Source of the DNA: Candidatus Levyibacteriota bacterium
GTDB lineage: Bacteria; Patescibacteriota; Microgenomatia; Levybacterales; UBA12049
Length of the DNA: 64,000 nucleotides
Assembly (NCBI GenBank): GCA_963722305.1
Contig: CAVRKE010000002.1
Span: 447,649-511,648, forward strand
Direction: 5' to 3'
The notes under the pieces are model-generated. The model was not told where the DNA came from. It saw only the letters and a program-made list of their open reading frames with translations, and made no database searches. The position numbers and the translations under genes are program-made. This document shows, piece after piece, positions 37,664 through 47,992 of the stretch (position 1 is the first letter of the stretch; the number at the start of each line of letters is the position of its first letter).

Positions 37664-38380
37664 CTATCTTCCAAAAATTATGTCATTTCCAAAAACCACA
37701 TTATTGTTGGTTGCTACACCAACGCCAATGTGGGAATAATTACCCAAAATTTGCTCTCTATGGGGCGTGTCTTGGGCATAAGTCCACTCTATCAGATGAA
37801 CTGCGAGTAAAGCTCCCCCCTTCCCACCATCTTCACCAAAAGCACTAAATCCCAGCTGCTTTGATTTATCGGGTGCTTGTTGTAAAAACCCTGCATGGTC
37901 GTCAAGGTCATAACCGACATAATACTGTGCACGAGATTGTGCCCAAGCGGCAAGACCATCATCCCAATTTAGAGTAGACATGCCATTTGCTTGTCTATAG
38001 TTATTTACAGCAACTGCTATTTCTTGCGGAGTTGCCATTCGCGAATCAGAATTAAAATTCGAACTGTACTCACCATTTCCAGTTTGATTTACTTTCCCCC
38101 AATTAGTATTATTGGAAACAGGAGATGGTTGAACATAATTTTGTTGAGTTGTAGGTGTTATAACCGGAGGACTTGGTGTCAACGTTGGGCTTGAAACAGC
38201 AATAGTAATTGAGTCATTCTTTAGAACGTTAACCGGATTCTTAGGAGAACTTATTGATAGAAATTGATTTTTAAAAATAAATCCTAAAAGTAAGACAGCT
38301 AAAATTAAGCCAATAAAACTAAGATTATCATTCTTAGTAGCTGGTTCTTTTCTTCTTGCAGTCTTCTTTTGCTTTGCCAC
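37664..38380 (-). CDS. CAP/SCP/PR-1 superfamily protein with an N-terminal membrane anchor.
   Basis: 238 aa with a TM (FIGLILAVLLLGFIF), a PT-rich linker, and CAP motifs HLIEWTYAQD and GHYSHIGVG. Confidence 0.6.
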   Translation of the reverse strand: MAKQKKTARRKEPATKNDNLSFIGLILAVLLLGFIFKNQFLSISSPKNPVNVLKNDSITIAVSSPTLTPSPPVITPTTQQNYVQPSPVSNNTNWGKVNQTGNGEYSSNFNSDSRMATPQEIAVAVNNYRQANGMSTLNWDDGLAAWAQSRAQYYVGYDLDDHAGFLQQAPDKSKQLGFSAFGEDGGKGGALLAVHLIEWTYAQDTPHREQILGNYSHIGVGVATNNNVVFGNDIIFGR

Positions 38381-38481
38381 AATACACCTCTAAAGTCCTT
38401 ATACGCTTTTTGGGAGATTAAGTCAAAGCTAAGGAAAAATGTACTTCTTTTTTCAGGAAATTTTGCTTATACTATGCTTAT

Positions 38482-40017
38482 ATGCTTGCCCGCGTATTTT
38501 CTTCCGCCGTCGTCGGCCTTGACGGCTTGCCCGTCGAAGTTGAGGTGGATATTCAAAACCAGGGGCTTCCCTCTTTTACCATCGTCGGGTTGCCGGATAA
38601 AGCGGTTGAGGAAGCCAAAGAAAGAGTCCGCAGCGCGATTAAGAATACCGGCTGTGAATTTCCGCCAAAAAGAATCACCGTAAACCTCGCGCCGGCCGAC
38701 CTACCTAAAGAAGGCGCTTCTTATGATTTGCCGATTGCCTTGGGCATTCTGCTTGCCTCAGGACAGGTCGTAAGTGATGTCTCCGCTGCCTTTTTTACCG
38801 GTGAACTTTCCTTAGATGGAAGACTTAGGCACACCAACGGCATTTTGCCGATGGTCTTGGTGGCCAAAGAGAAAAAATTCAAGCAAGTTTATCTGCCGGA
38901 AATAAATGTTAACGAAGCCTCAATTGTTAAAGGGGTTGAAGTTTACCCGGTTGAAAACTTACTTACACTTCTAAAACACTTGACAAAAGAGGTTCTGATA
39001 ACTCCCGCCAAACCCAAAAGCCTGGAAAGTTACATGCAAAAACAAACTTATGATTTTGACATGGCCGACATCCAGGGCCAGGAGCAGGCAAAAAGGGCTT
39101 TGGAGATTGCTGCTGCCGGCGGACATAATTTGTTATTGAAAGGCCCGCCCGGCGCCGGAAAAACCTTACTGGCACGCACCATGCCTTCGATTTTACCAAA
39201 GCTAACGCTTGAGGAAAGTTTGGAAGTGACCAAAATCTACAGCATTTCCGGACTGTTGGATAAAGACCCGATTATTGTTGAGCGGCCATTCCGCTCACCG
39301 CACCACACTACTTCGCATATTGGCTTAATTGGCGGAAGCGCCACGCCAAAACCGGGCGAAATCTCCTTGGCCCACCGCGGTATTTTGTTTTTGGACGAGT
39401 TTCCCGAATTTCCGCGGCACGTTTTAGAGGCTCTTCGTCAACCGATGGAAGACGGTTTTGTGGTTATTTCAAGAGCCAACGGCCGCATTCTGTTTCCTTC
39501 CAAATTTATTTTGTTCGCCGCAGAGAATCCTTGTCCCTGTGGCTATTTCGGCGACCCGACGCACACCTGTAAATGTTTGCCCGGACAAATTTCGCGCTAC
39601 CAAAAGCGAATTTCCGGACCGATGCTGGATAGAATAGATATTCATTTGGATGTGCCGGCGGTCAAAGTCGAAAAACTGACTTCTAGGGAAAAATCGCTCA
39701 ATGAAAGCTCAAAAGTAATTCAAAAAAGGGTCCAAGCGGCCAGAGATATTCAAACCAAACGCTTTAAGGGAATAAAAATTACCTCCAATGCCGAAATGTC
39801 CAATAAAGATATTCGGAAGTTTTGCCTACTTTCCGACGAATGCTTATCACTTTTAAAATTAGCGGTGACCAGAATGCAATTGTCGGCCCGTTCTTACCAA
39901 AGAACGATTAAAATCGCCCGCACCATCGCCGATTTGGAGAATGAGAAAGAAATAAAACCGCAGCACATTGCCGAATCACTCCAGTACCGGCCGAAGATGG
40001 AAAATATTCTCTATTGA
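38482..40017 (+). CDS. YifB/ComM family Mg-chelatase-like AAA+ ATPase.
   Basis: 511 aa with an N-terminal Lon-SSD-like domain, Walker A GPPGAGKT, and a C-terminal ...IKIARTIADLE. Confidence 0.9.
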   Translation: MLARVFSSAVVGLDGLPVEVEVDIQNQGLPSFTIVGLPDKAVEEAKERVRSAIKNTGCEFPPKRITVNLAPADLPKEGASYDLPIALGILLASGQVVSDVSAAFFTGELSLDGRLRHTNGILPMVLVAKEKKFKQVYLPEINVNEASIVKGVEVYPVENLLTLLKHLTKEVLITPAKPKSLESYMQKQTYDFDMADIQGQEQAKRALEIAAAGGHNLLLKGPPGAGKTLLARTMPSILPKLTLEESLEVTKIYSISGLLDKDPIIVERPFRSPHHTTSHIGLIGGSATPKPGEISLAHRGILFLDEFPEFPRHVLEALRQPMEDGFVVISRANGRILFPSKFILFAAENPCPCGYFGDPTHTCKCLPGQISRYQKRISGPMLDRIDIHLDVPAVKVEKLTSREKSLNESSKVIQKRVQAARDIQTKRFKGIKITSNAEMSNKDIRKFCLLSDECLSLLKLAVTRMQLSARSYQRTIKIARTIADLENEKEIKPQHIAESLQYRPKMENILY

Positions 40018-40039
40018 TTTCGACTGCTATAATTAAGGC

Positions 40040-40699
40040 ATGGAAAATATTACTTGGTATGGTCATGCCAGCTTTAGTTTTGTCGATGAGAGCGGCAACC
40101 GCATTTATTATGTTGACCCGTTCGGCTTGCCTGCCCTGAGCCTGCCGAAGGGTGATTTAATCTTTATTACCCACGCCCACCCCGACCATTTTTCGCCTGC
40201 GGATATTGAAAGAATCCTCAAAAATGAAACTGTGATAGTAGCTCCGCCGGATATTCTGGCCAGAATTGAGCGTGATGAAAGCTTGAAAGTAAAAGTTGAA
40301 CCGAATAAGAGTTATGAAGTAAAGGGTTTCAAATTCCAGACAATTCCCGCCTACAACAGCAATCCCGCTAAGCTGAATTTCCATCCGAAAGTGAATAATT
40401 GGGTTGGCTATATTTTTGAGCTAAACGGTAAGCAGATTTATCACGCCGGTGATACCGATTTTATCGAGGAGATGAAAGGTTTGAAAAAGTTGAACTTGGA
40501 CGTGGCAATGTTGCCAATGGACGGCCATTATACAATGACTGTTGAAGAAGCAGCCAAAGCTGCCAACGCGATTTGTGCCAAAATTACGGTTCCCATGCAC
40601 TACCGCCGCCAAAATCCGCAGAATTACCAGGAGTTAGAAGAAAAATTTAAACAACTGGTTACCAATTCTGAGGTGGTTGTTCTTAAAGAGTTAAGATAA
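40040..40699 (+). CDS. Metallo-beta-lactamase-fold hydrolase.
   Basis: Motif FITHAHPDH (HxHxDH). Confidence 0.8.
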   Translation: MENITWYGHASFSFVDESGNRIYYVDPFGLPALSLPKGDLIFITHAHPDHFSPADIERILKNETVIVAPPDILARIERDESLKVKVEPNKSYEVKGFKFQTIPAYNSNPAKLNFHPKVNNWVGYIFELNGKQIYHAGDTDFIEEMKGLKKLNLDVAMLPMDGHYTMTVEEAAKAANAICAKITVPMHYRRQNPQNYQELEEKFKQLVTNSEVVVLKELR

Positions 40700-40927
40700 A
40701 TCCGGTCCCCGCATCCAATCTACACTAGAATCGCAAACCACACTTAAGGCTAGTAAGCCTGTTGCCAACACTGCCCCTTTTAGAATTGTCAATAAAGGAG
40801 AATGGTGCCTAATAATTTCAAACGCTGATTTTGCAACTGTAAAGGCGGCTACTACCTTTGACCCGTTTTCCAAGGCTGTTGCCGCAACGTTTAAATTATC
40901 TGTTCTGACCTCTGCTAGTGCTACCAT
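40691..40927 (-). CDS. Hypothetical small protein (78 aa). Doubtful gene.
   Basis: ORF in the 270-bp gap between convergent genes. Weak RBS and low-complexity A/L/V-rich sequence. Confidence 0.15.
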   Translation of the reverse strand: MVALAEVRTDNLNVAATALENGSKVVAAFTVAKSAFEIIRHHSPLLTILKGAVLATGLLALSVVCDSSVDWMRGPDLS

Positions 40928-40971
40928 ATTCGAAGGAGTTTATCATGTCTATGAAGCCATGTCAAACTTAC

Positions 40972-42009
40972 CTAGAGTAGTTTTGTCTGTTTGGTTTGCT
41001 TTGGCAGCTCGATTTTTAAATGATGATAGGCGGCCGGCGTGGCCACGCGGCCCCGTGAAGTTTTTTTAACAAAACCAATCTGCATTAAATACGGCTCAAC
41101 CACTTCTTCAATCGTGCCGATATCCTCACTAATGGTTGAGGCAATGGTTTCAATCCCCACCGGCCCGCCGTTATGTTTTTCAATAATCGCTTTAAGGTAG
41201 CGGACATCGGACGAATCCAAGCCCACTTCATCAACCTCCAGCATATCCAAGGCTTTGGTAATTAGCTCTTTATTTAATTTTCCTTCAGCTTTGACCTGGA
41301 CAAAATCTCTGGCCCGTTTTAAAAGTTTTAAGGCAATGCGTGGTGTGCCGCGGGCTCTTTTGGCAATTTCTAAGATTGATTCTTTATCAACCGGTACTTT
41401 TAATTTTGAGGCTGCCTTATGAATTATTTCTTCCAAATCTTTTGGGTCATAAAACGTGAGTCTGTGCACAACGCCAAACCTGTCCCGAAGAGGAGCCGAC
41501 ATTAGTCCAATTCTGGTAGTAGCACCAATAATCGTAAACGGCGGAAGGTCAAGCCTTAAGGTTCTCGCCGACGGGCCTTTGCCGATAATAATATCCAAAG
41601 CATAATCTTCCATCGCCGGATATAAAGTTTCTTCAACTACTTTATTCAGTCTGTGGATTTCGTCAATAAACAAAATGTCCCCTTTTTCCAAATTAGTAAG
41701 AATGGAGGCTAAATCGCCGGCCCTTTCAATTGCCGGTCCCGAGGTAACGCGGATATTAACCCCCATCTCCTTGGCAATGATGTGGGACAAAGTCGTTTTC
41801 CCTAAACCAGGAGGACCGTAGAGTAAAATATGCTCAATTGCTTCCTTGCGTCTTTTGGCCGCGGTAATGCCGATGCGCAAAGATTCTTTAATTTTCTTCT
41901 GCCCGGCAAACTCTTCCCAGGAGGTAGCCCGGAGTGAAGTAAACAACACCTCTTCCTCGGGAGTTTCGGTTTCCGCTTTTTCCACTTTTGGTTTATCGGT
42001 TTTATTCAT
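40972..42009 (-). CDS. ruvB: Holliday junction branch-migration helicase RuvB.
   Basis: AAA+ motifs [12 protein letters not shown] and DEIHRL. Confidence 0.95.
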   Translation of the reverse strand: MNKTDKPKVEKAETETPEEEVLFTSLRATSWEEFAGQKKIKESLRIGITAAKRRKEAIEHILLYGPPGLGKTTLSHIIAKEMGVNIRVTSGPAIERAGDLASILTNLEKGDILFIDEIHRLNKVVEETLYPAMEDYALDIIIGKGPSARTLRLDLPPFTIIGATTRIGLMSAPLRDRFGVVHRLTFYDPKDLEEIIHKAASKLKVPVDKESILEIAKRARGTPRIALKLLKRARDFVQVKAEGKLNKELITKALDMLEVDEVGLDSSDVRYLKAIIEKHNGGPVGIETIASTISEDIGTIEEVVEPYLMQIGFVKKTSRGRVATPAAYHHLKIELPKQTKQTKLL

Positions 42010-42063
42010 AATTATTGATTAACGATTTCTTAATTCTTAAATCCTAAATCTGAAATCTTCAAT

Positions 42064-42645
42064 CTAAGCGCTGCGCCCCAGCGCTTTCAGCGCCAATCTG
42101 ATTTTTTCTTCAGTAGAAATTCCCTCTTTTTTAACCAGCCGCACTGCTTTTTGTGCTTCGCCTGTGGAAAAGCCGAAATTTTTGAGAGCCTGGGCCACTT
42201 CGGCATTTTCCTGCAAGTCCTTACCTGATAAATCCAAATCCGCCGTTCCTCCCATTTTATTTTTTAGCTCAATAATAATTTTCTGGGCGTTTTTTGTCCC
42301 TAAGCGCGGAACAGAGGTAAAAAAGGCTACGTCGCCTTTAATAATGGCTTCAATTATGTCTTTTCGCTCACCAAAAGAAAAAATATTCAAGGCAGTTTTT
42401 GGCCCGACGCCGGAAACTGTTAGTAAGCTTTCAAATAATCTCAAATCCTCCGCTTCCAAAAAACCAAAAAGGTCCAGTGCATCTTCGCGGACATAAGTAT
42501 AGGTAAATAATTTAATCGACGCTCCTTCAGAAAGCTTTGAAAAGATACTTTCCGGAATCAAAACTTTGTAGCCAACGCCATTGACGTCGATCATTGCAAA
42601 AGGCCTTTGGAGCAGATCAACTTTTCCCTTGAGGAAACCTATCAT
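42064..42645 (-). CDS. ruvA: Holliday junction DNA helicase RuvA.
   Basis: MIGFLKG... with an OB domain plus two HhH motifs (LLTVSGVGPKTAL). Confidence 0.9.
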   Translation of the reverse strand: MIGFLKGKVDLLQRPFAMIDVNGVGYKVLIPESIFSKLSEGASIKLFTYTYVREDALDLFGFLEAEDLRLFESLLTVSGVGPKTALNIFSFGERKDIIEAIIKGDVAFFTSVPRLGTKNAQKIIIELKNKMGGTADLDLSGKDLQENAEVAQALKNFGFSTGEAQKAVRLVKKEGISTEEKIRLALKALGRSA

Positions 42646-42669
42646 AATTCTTTCTGATTATAGCACAAG

Positions 42670-43158
42670 CTATTTTGTAAACTTTGTGAACTTACTGGAA
42701 AAAGCGTGGGCTAAAGCCACTGCCAAAGCATCTGCTGTATCGTCGGGTTTGGGAATTTCCTTTAAGTTGAGTAACGTCTTGACCATTTTGCCGATTTGTT
42801 CTTTTTCCGCCCGGCCATAACCGGTCAAAGCCATTTTCACCTGCAAAGGCGTATAAATTGCAATATTAAGCTTACTTTGTGAGGCCGCCAATAAAATTAC
42901 GCCGCGCGCTTGCCCGACCACAAAAGCAGTTTTGGCATTAGTGTTGAAAAATAATTCCTCAATTGATAATGAATCGGGCTTGTAGACCTTAATTAAGTTT
43001 GAAATTATATTGTGAATTTCTTTTAACCTTTCCGGCACTTCTTTTTTAGAGCTGGTTTCAATGCAGCCAAACTTTACAACTTTTAACTTTGAACTTTGAA
43101 ATTCAATTATTCCCCAACCGCACCTACCAATTCCGGGGTCAATACCAAGTATTCTCAT
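42670..43158 (-). CDS. ruvC: Crossover junction endodeoxyribonuclease RuvC.
   Basis: MRILGIDPGIGRCGWGII... RNase H fold with catalytic D residues. Confidence 0.9.
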   Translation of the reverse strand: MRILGIDPGIGRCGWGIIEFQSSKLKVVKFGCIETSSKKEVPERLKEIHNIISNLIKVYKPDSLSIEELFFNTNAKTAFVVGQARGVILLAASQSKLNIAIYTPLQVKMALTGYGRAEKEQIGKMVKTLLNLKEIPKPDDTADALAVALAHAFSSKFTKFTK

Positions 43159-43220
43159 TTTACCAACCTATAATAGCATATCTTGTATTCGGAAGGGATT
43201 TAAGCTAAAATAAATACTTA

Positions 43221-43940
43221 ATGAAGCGGTATAAATTAAAAGTTGACAAACGAAAAGTTTTGGGCAAACAGGTGAAGAAATTAAGGAAAGATGGAACTTT
43301 ACCCTGTAACATTTACGGCAAAGACATTAAATCAACCGCTGTCCAGGTTCCGCTGAAAGATTTTGACACAGTTTACAAAGAGGCCGGTGAAACCGGTTTG
43401 GTTGACGTTGATTTGGAAGGGAAAATCACCCCGGTCTTAATCCACAACATGCAAAAGGATTTCCGCGGCAATGTTTTACACGCCGATTTCTTCCAGGTTA
43501 ATTTGAAAGAAAAAGTCAAAACCATGGTGCCTTTGGAAATTATCGGTGAACCGAAAGCTGTTCTGGAAAAAACAGGGCTGTTGATGAATATTTTGTCCGA
43601 AGTGGAAATCGAAGCACTGCCTGAAGAACTGCCGGAGAGTATTCAGGTCCACGTTGAACATTTAGCCAATATTGACGAGCAAATTACTGTTGCCGACTTG
43701 AAAGTTCCGGCCGGCGTTACGGTTTTAACCGAACCGGAGCAGGTCATTTCCAAGATTGGTGAATTAGTGACCAAAGAAGCCGCCGCCGAAGCAGCGGCAG
43801 CCGAAGCAGCCAAGGCCGAAGCAGCGGAAGGCGCAGCGCCGGCAGAAGGAGCAGCTCCCGCCGAAGGAACCCCGGCTGAAGGAGAAACTGCTAAAGAACC
43901 CACCAAAGAAGAAGCCAAACCAGAAGCCCCAGTCGCCTAA
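43221..43940 (+). CDS. rplY: 50S ribosomal protein L25 / general stress protein Ctc with a C-terminal Ala/Glu/Pro-rich tail.
   Basis: N-terminal L25 domain (MKRYKLKVDKRKVLGKQVKKLRKDGTLPCNIYG). The C-terminal 60 aa are low-complexity AAEAAAAEAAKAEAAEGAAPAEG. Confidence 0.8.
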   Translation: MKRYKLKVDKRKVLGKQVKKLRKDGTLPCNIYGKDIKSTAVQVPLKDFDTVYKEAGETGLVDVDLEGKITPVLIHNMQKDFRGNVLHADFFQVNLKEKVKTMVPLEIIGEPKAVLEKTGLLMNILSEVEIEALPEELPESIQVHVEHLANIDEQITVADLKVPAGVTVLTEPEQVISKIGELVTKEAAAEAAAAEAAKAEAAEGAAPAEGAAPAEGTPAEGETAKEPTKEEAKPEAPVA

Positions 43941-44393
43941 TTATTGTTTATCGAAAACCGCCTCTAATTTTATTGCGTCTGTAAAATTTGGGTCTAAACT
44001 TAAAGCTTTTTCGTTTTCCAGTTTCGCTTTTTGGAAATTGCCAAGTTGATAATCCAACATTGCCATTTGGAAATAAGCATCTTTATAACCATCATACTTG
44101 TCACTAATTGATTGCCAGAAATTAATTTTTGCTTGAATTTGTTGTCTTTGCGCCAAAATTTGTTGGGTTTTGGCAAAGTCTTGGTAAGTTCTGAGACCAA
44201 AAAAACCAATTCCGCAGACTAATGCGATTATCACTATTAGCGTTGTTAAAATTTTTAAGGACAGCGGTATTTTATTGAGTTTATCCCGCCATGACGGGAT
44301 AAACTTTATTTTTGGCAGTTTTTTAAAAGCCAGCTTTTCGGTAATTCTTCGGTAAATATTCGGGAATTGTGAGGCTAAGTGTATCTTTTTCAT
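43941..44393 (-). CDS. Membrane-anchored TPR-like protein, hypothetical.
   Basis: 150 aa with a TM (LTTLIVIIALVCGIGFFGL) and a TPR-like C-terminus. Confidence 0.4.
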   Translation of the reverse strand: MKKIHLASQFPNIYRRITEKLAFKKLPKIKFIPSWRDKLNKIPLSLKILTTLIVIIALVCGIGFFGLRTYQDFAKTQQILAQRQQIQAKINFWQSISDKYDGYKDAYFQMAMLDYQLGNFQKAKLENEKALSLDPNFTDAIKLEAVFDKQ

Positions 44394-44417
44394 ATTTTGG
44401 CTTGCCCTTCCGAAGCT

Positions 44418-46535
44418 TTACGCGAAGGAGGGCCATTGACTAATAATCAATTCTGTTTTTGTTAATTTGGGAAACTTTCCCCATAGTTCCTCTGTTATAA
44501 ATGGCATAAACGGATGAAGTAATTTCAGAGAAATAATCCAAACATGACGCAAAACTGAAAGCGCTTCCCTATCCCCTTTTTGCAATCTTTCTTTTATTTG
44601 CTCAATATAAATATCCGCAAATTTGTGCCAAATAAATTCATAAGCATGGTCAATTCCATCGTTAAATCTGTATACTTCTATCGATTTACTAACATTTTTT
44701 ATAAACTCGTCTGTAGCTTTAAGTATTTCTAAATCCTCTTTTGAAAGGCGCTTATCTAATTCTCTTGAATAGAAAGGTATTTCTTTTCCTTTAAATAATT
44801 CTGATTCAAACTGCAGTTCAATAAATCTTCCTATGTTCCAAAGTTTATTACAAAATTTCCTGGCTGCTTCAAGTTTTGGATAAGAAAGCGCCTGGTCACT
44901 GCCGGTTGCGTTTCCATAAATTAAGGCAAAACGGACTGAGTCTGCGCCGTATTGATCGATAAGCTCAAGAGGGTTTACCACGTTTCCTTTGCTCTTGCTC
45001 ATCTTCTTACCATACGGATCAGTTACCATCCCATGAAGTAGAACATGTCTAAATGGAACCTCACCGGTGATGTAAATTCCAAGCATTATCATTCTTGAAA
45101 CCCATGCTTTTAAAATGTCCGCGGCCGTTTCTAAGACTGTCGTTGGATAAAATTTTTCAAAATCTCCAGGCCTTGCGGTTTGAAGAGCGACAAAGGGCCA
45201 TTGCCCCGAAGAAAACCAAGTATCAAAAGTGTCCTTATCTTGTTCCCAGTCTTCTCCGTCGGGAGCATTTCCTTCAGTAACTACCCACTCCCCTGTCTGC
45301 TTGTTTTTCCAGGCCGGAATTCTAATCCCCCAGACAATCTGGCGGGAAATATTCCAATCTTGCAAGTTTTCCATCCACTGAAAATATATTTTTTCAAAGT
45401 TTTTAGGAAAAATTTTAATTTTCTCATCTTTGACCACCCGAATGGCTTTTTGCTTAAGCTTATCAACCTTAATAAACCATTGCTCAAGAGGTAAAGGTTC
45501 AATTGGATTTTTGCATTTATAACAAACGCCGATTCTATGAATGTAATTTTCATCAATTTTTTCAATTAACCCTTTTGCCTGCATTTCCTCAACCACTACC
45601 TTGCGGGCTTGCTTAACATACAAACCGGCAAATTTTCCTGCTTTTTCATTCATTTTCCCATCAAGCCCGATTACCTGAACCATTGGTAAATTATGTCTTT
45701 TTGCAACTTCATAATCATGAAAATCGTGTGCCGGTGTAATCTTTACTGCCCCTGTTCCAAATTCAGGATCTACCATTTCATCGGCAATCACTTTAATTTT
45801 TGCCTTACCCAAAACCGTTTCGATCTCTATTTCTTTACCAACGTATTGTTTGTATCTTTTATCGTCAGGGTGAACTGCCACAGCTGTATCGCCAAATTTA
45901 GTTTCCGGTCGGGTGGTAGCTAAAACTAAAGGGCCGTATTTTATGTAATAAAGAGGATTATTTCTTTCTTCATAAACTACTTCAAGATCCGAAAAACCTG
46001 TCCCATCGAAAGTACAATAATTAACTAAGCGCTTGCCTCTATATGCATATCCGTCATCAAATAATTTTTTGAAAGTTTTGTAAACAAGTTCAACAATTTC
46101 CGGATTAAGCGGATACTTTTCTCTTGACCAATCAAGCGAAAGCCCTAAGCGCCTTAATTGTTTTTCGATAGTACCCCTATTTTCTTCCACGTAATCCCAA
46201 ATCATTTTGTAAAGTGTTTCCTGATCAAAATCCAAGCGCGATTTCCCTTCCGCCCGCAGCTTTTTCTCAAAAACAAACTGAGTTTCTATACCAGCATGGT
46301 CCGTTCCTGGAAACCATAACGTTGAATCCCCTGCCATGCGGTGATATCTGATTAAAATATCTTCAACCGTAAACATTCCATGTCCAAGATGAAGTGAGCC
46401 GTTAGCGTTTGGCAAAGGAAGCATGATGCAATATGGTTTTCCATTGGGGTTTATCTCCGGTTTAAAATAACCTTTTTCTTCCCAACTCTTATAAATCTTT
46501 TCTTCGACTGCTTTGTGGTTATAAACTTTGTCCAT
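44418..46535 (-). CDS. valS: Valine-tRNA ligase, short form (705 aa, lacks the C-terminal coiled-coil extension).
   Basis: HIGH motif PNANGSLHLGHG, GTDHAGIETQ (ValS-specific) and KMSKSKGNVV. Confidence 0.85.
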   Translation of the reverse strand: MDKVYNHKAVEEKIYKSWEEKGYFKPEINPNGKPYCIMLPLPNANGSLHLGHGMFTVEDILIRYHRMAGDSTLWFPGTDHAGIETQFVFEKKLRAEGKSRLDFDQETLYKMIWDYVEENRGTIEKQLRRLGLSLDWSREKYPLNPEIVELVYKTFKKLFDDGYAYRGKRLVNYCTFDGTGFSDLEVVYEERNNPLYYIKYGPLVLATTRPETKFGDTAVAVHPDDKRYKQYVGKEIEIETVLGKAKIKVIADEMVDPEFGTGAVKITPAHDFHDYEVAKRHNLPMVQVIGLDGKMNEKAGKFAGLYVKQARKVVVEEMQAKGLIEKIDENYIHRIGVCYKCKNPIEPLPLEQWFIKVDKLKQKAIRVVKDEKIKIFPKNFEKIYFQWMENLQDWNISRQIVWGIRIPAWKNKQTGEWVVTEGNAPDGEDWEQDKDTFDTWFSSGQWPFVALQTARPGDFEKFYPTTVLETAADILKAWVSRMIMLGIYITGEVPFRHVLLHGMVTDPYGKKMSKSKGNVVNPLELIDQYGADSVRFALIYGNATGSDQALSYPKLEAARKFCNKLWNIGRFIELQFESELFKGKEIPFYSRELDKRLSKEDLEILKATDEFIKNVSKSIEVYRFNDGIDHAYEFIWHKFADIYIEQIKERLQKGDREALSVLRHVWIISLKLLHPFMPFITEELWGKFPKLTKTELIISQWPSFA

Positions 46536-46573
46536 CAGCCTATTTTAACATACCCTAAACCTGAAGAACAAAG

Positions 46574-47878
46574 TTACTGAACTTCAATCAATTTATAGCC
46601 GCGGGTTTTTATTGTTTGGAGTTCAAAGTTGTTATTCTGCAGCTTAAGTTTGCTTCTAACTCTTCCCGCCAGTTTGTCAATCGCCCAGTCGGAAATTCCC
46701 AACTCCTGCGCTTCCGGCCAAACTTCCTCAATGATTTTTTCCCTTTCACAAATTACGTCTATATTCTTTTTTAAAAATTCAAAGAACATTAATTCTTTCT
46801 TGCTAAACTCCGCCCCACTACCTTTTGATTCCTCTTTTCGCCTTTGTTTAACATAGTACTCAAAAAGCGGGCTGAAAATTTTTAATTTTTGTCTGTCTAC
46901 GCTTACAAATCCGCTGTTCCATAAATAATTCCCCTTTTTCCTTTCCTCTCTTGTCACTTCTTCCTTATTGACGATTTTTAAAAGAATGTTTTGCTCCTCT
47001 TTGTTTAAGTTTTCCCACAGCTCTTCCGACTGCAGCCTGATCCTTTCGTCCTTAACCAAATGCTCCAGCAATTCTTCCTTGGTTTTGACAGGGACACGCG
47101 GCTCATGCAGAGAAATTAAACCCAGTTGCAGATACTGAAAATGGCCATCGACCAAATTTAAAAATTCGTTCTCTAAATTTTCTCCCAGTTTCAGATTGTA
47201 GCGTCCTTTGTAGGCATTAAAGATTATTCTACTATCCTCTTTTTTTGTCGGCTTAATATAAATACCCTTGTAGGCAATTGCCAAAATTGCATGGGATGAA
47301 ACCGAGGGAAAAATTCTTCTGAATGGCAGAAAACTGGTAAAAACGTAAGTTAATTGTTGGTGCGAAGCTTCCCGAAGGCCTTCTAAGTTAGCAAAAAACT
47401 CGGGAGTAACCGAGGCGCCCAGCCTGTCAAACCTGATAAAAAAGAGTGTTGGCAAAAAGCCTTGTTCAATTATTTTATTAAGCGAAACCCGAATGCTGTC
47501 AATGGTAAAAAATAAGTCCTGCAGTTGAATGCTTTCCAAAAACATTCCCCTGATTTCTTTTTTGACTGCTTCGCTCATGTTTGAACTCTCAACTCTGTCG
47601 ACAATTCTTTTGAAAGTCAGTGTCCAAAAAGGCGCAATTTCACACTCAACCAAATCAATAAGATTTACAGGTATAAACAAATGTTTTTTTGCATCATTTA
47701 AGTAATTACTGGTAACGTCCTGGCGGTTAATAAAAAAACGCAGGAAATTGCTGATACCAATCCTTTTTATACCGATTAAAACCACCGAATGGTGGTTACT
47801 TAAATGGCTGCCTAATTCTTTGGCATCTTCGTACCGAAAAATTAGCGGGAATTGTGCTGTGATGGGAAATTCTGCCAT
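46574..47878 (-). CDS. Putative transcriptional regulator: N-terminal degenerate P-loop/AAA-like domain plus a C-terminal OmpR/PhoB-type winged helix.
   Basis: The C-terminal 90 aa match the trans_reg_C pattern (...ICEREKIIEEVWPEAQELGISDWAIDKLAGRVRSKLKL...IKTRGYKLIEV). N-terminal ...HHSVVLIGIKRIGISNFLRFF... . Confidence 0.5.
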   Translation of the reverse strand: MAEFPITAQFPLIFRYEDAKELGSHLSNHHSVVLIGIKRIGISNFLRFFINRQDVTSNYLNDAKKHLFIPVNLIDLVECEIAPFWTLTFKRIVDRVESSNMSEAVKKEIRGMFLESIQLQDLFFTIDSIRVSLNKIIEQGFLPTLFFIRFDRLGASVTPEFFANLEGLREASHQQLTYVFTSFLPFRRIFPSVSSHAILAIAYKGIYIKPTKKEDSRIIFNAYKGRYNLKLGENLENEFLNLVDGHFQYLQLGLISLHEPRVPVKTKEELLEHLVKDERIRLQSEELWENLNKEEQNILLKIVNKEEVTREERKKGNYLWNSGFVSVDRQKLKIFSPLFEYYVKQRRKEESKGSGAEFSKKELMFFEFLKKNIDVICEREKIIEEVWPEAQELGISDWAIDKLAGRVRSKLKLQNNNFELQTIKTRGYKLIEVQ

Positions 47879-47992
47879 GGCTTCCCTATTTTAATTACCG
47901 TTTTGTTTTTTAGCAAGCAGTAGTAACGTCAGGTTTTTGTCAACAATGAGTCTTCTCGCTGTCAAGCGCGCCATGATAATCTAATTTAAAAT

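Noticed and set aside
40700-40971. The 270-bp gap between convergent MBL-hydrolase and ruvB genes as a structured ncRNA (SRP RNA, tmRNA or 6S).
   Set aside because: No match to conserved SRP domain IV, tmRNA termini or 6S architecture could be recognised by eye. Left as a doubtful small ORF only.
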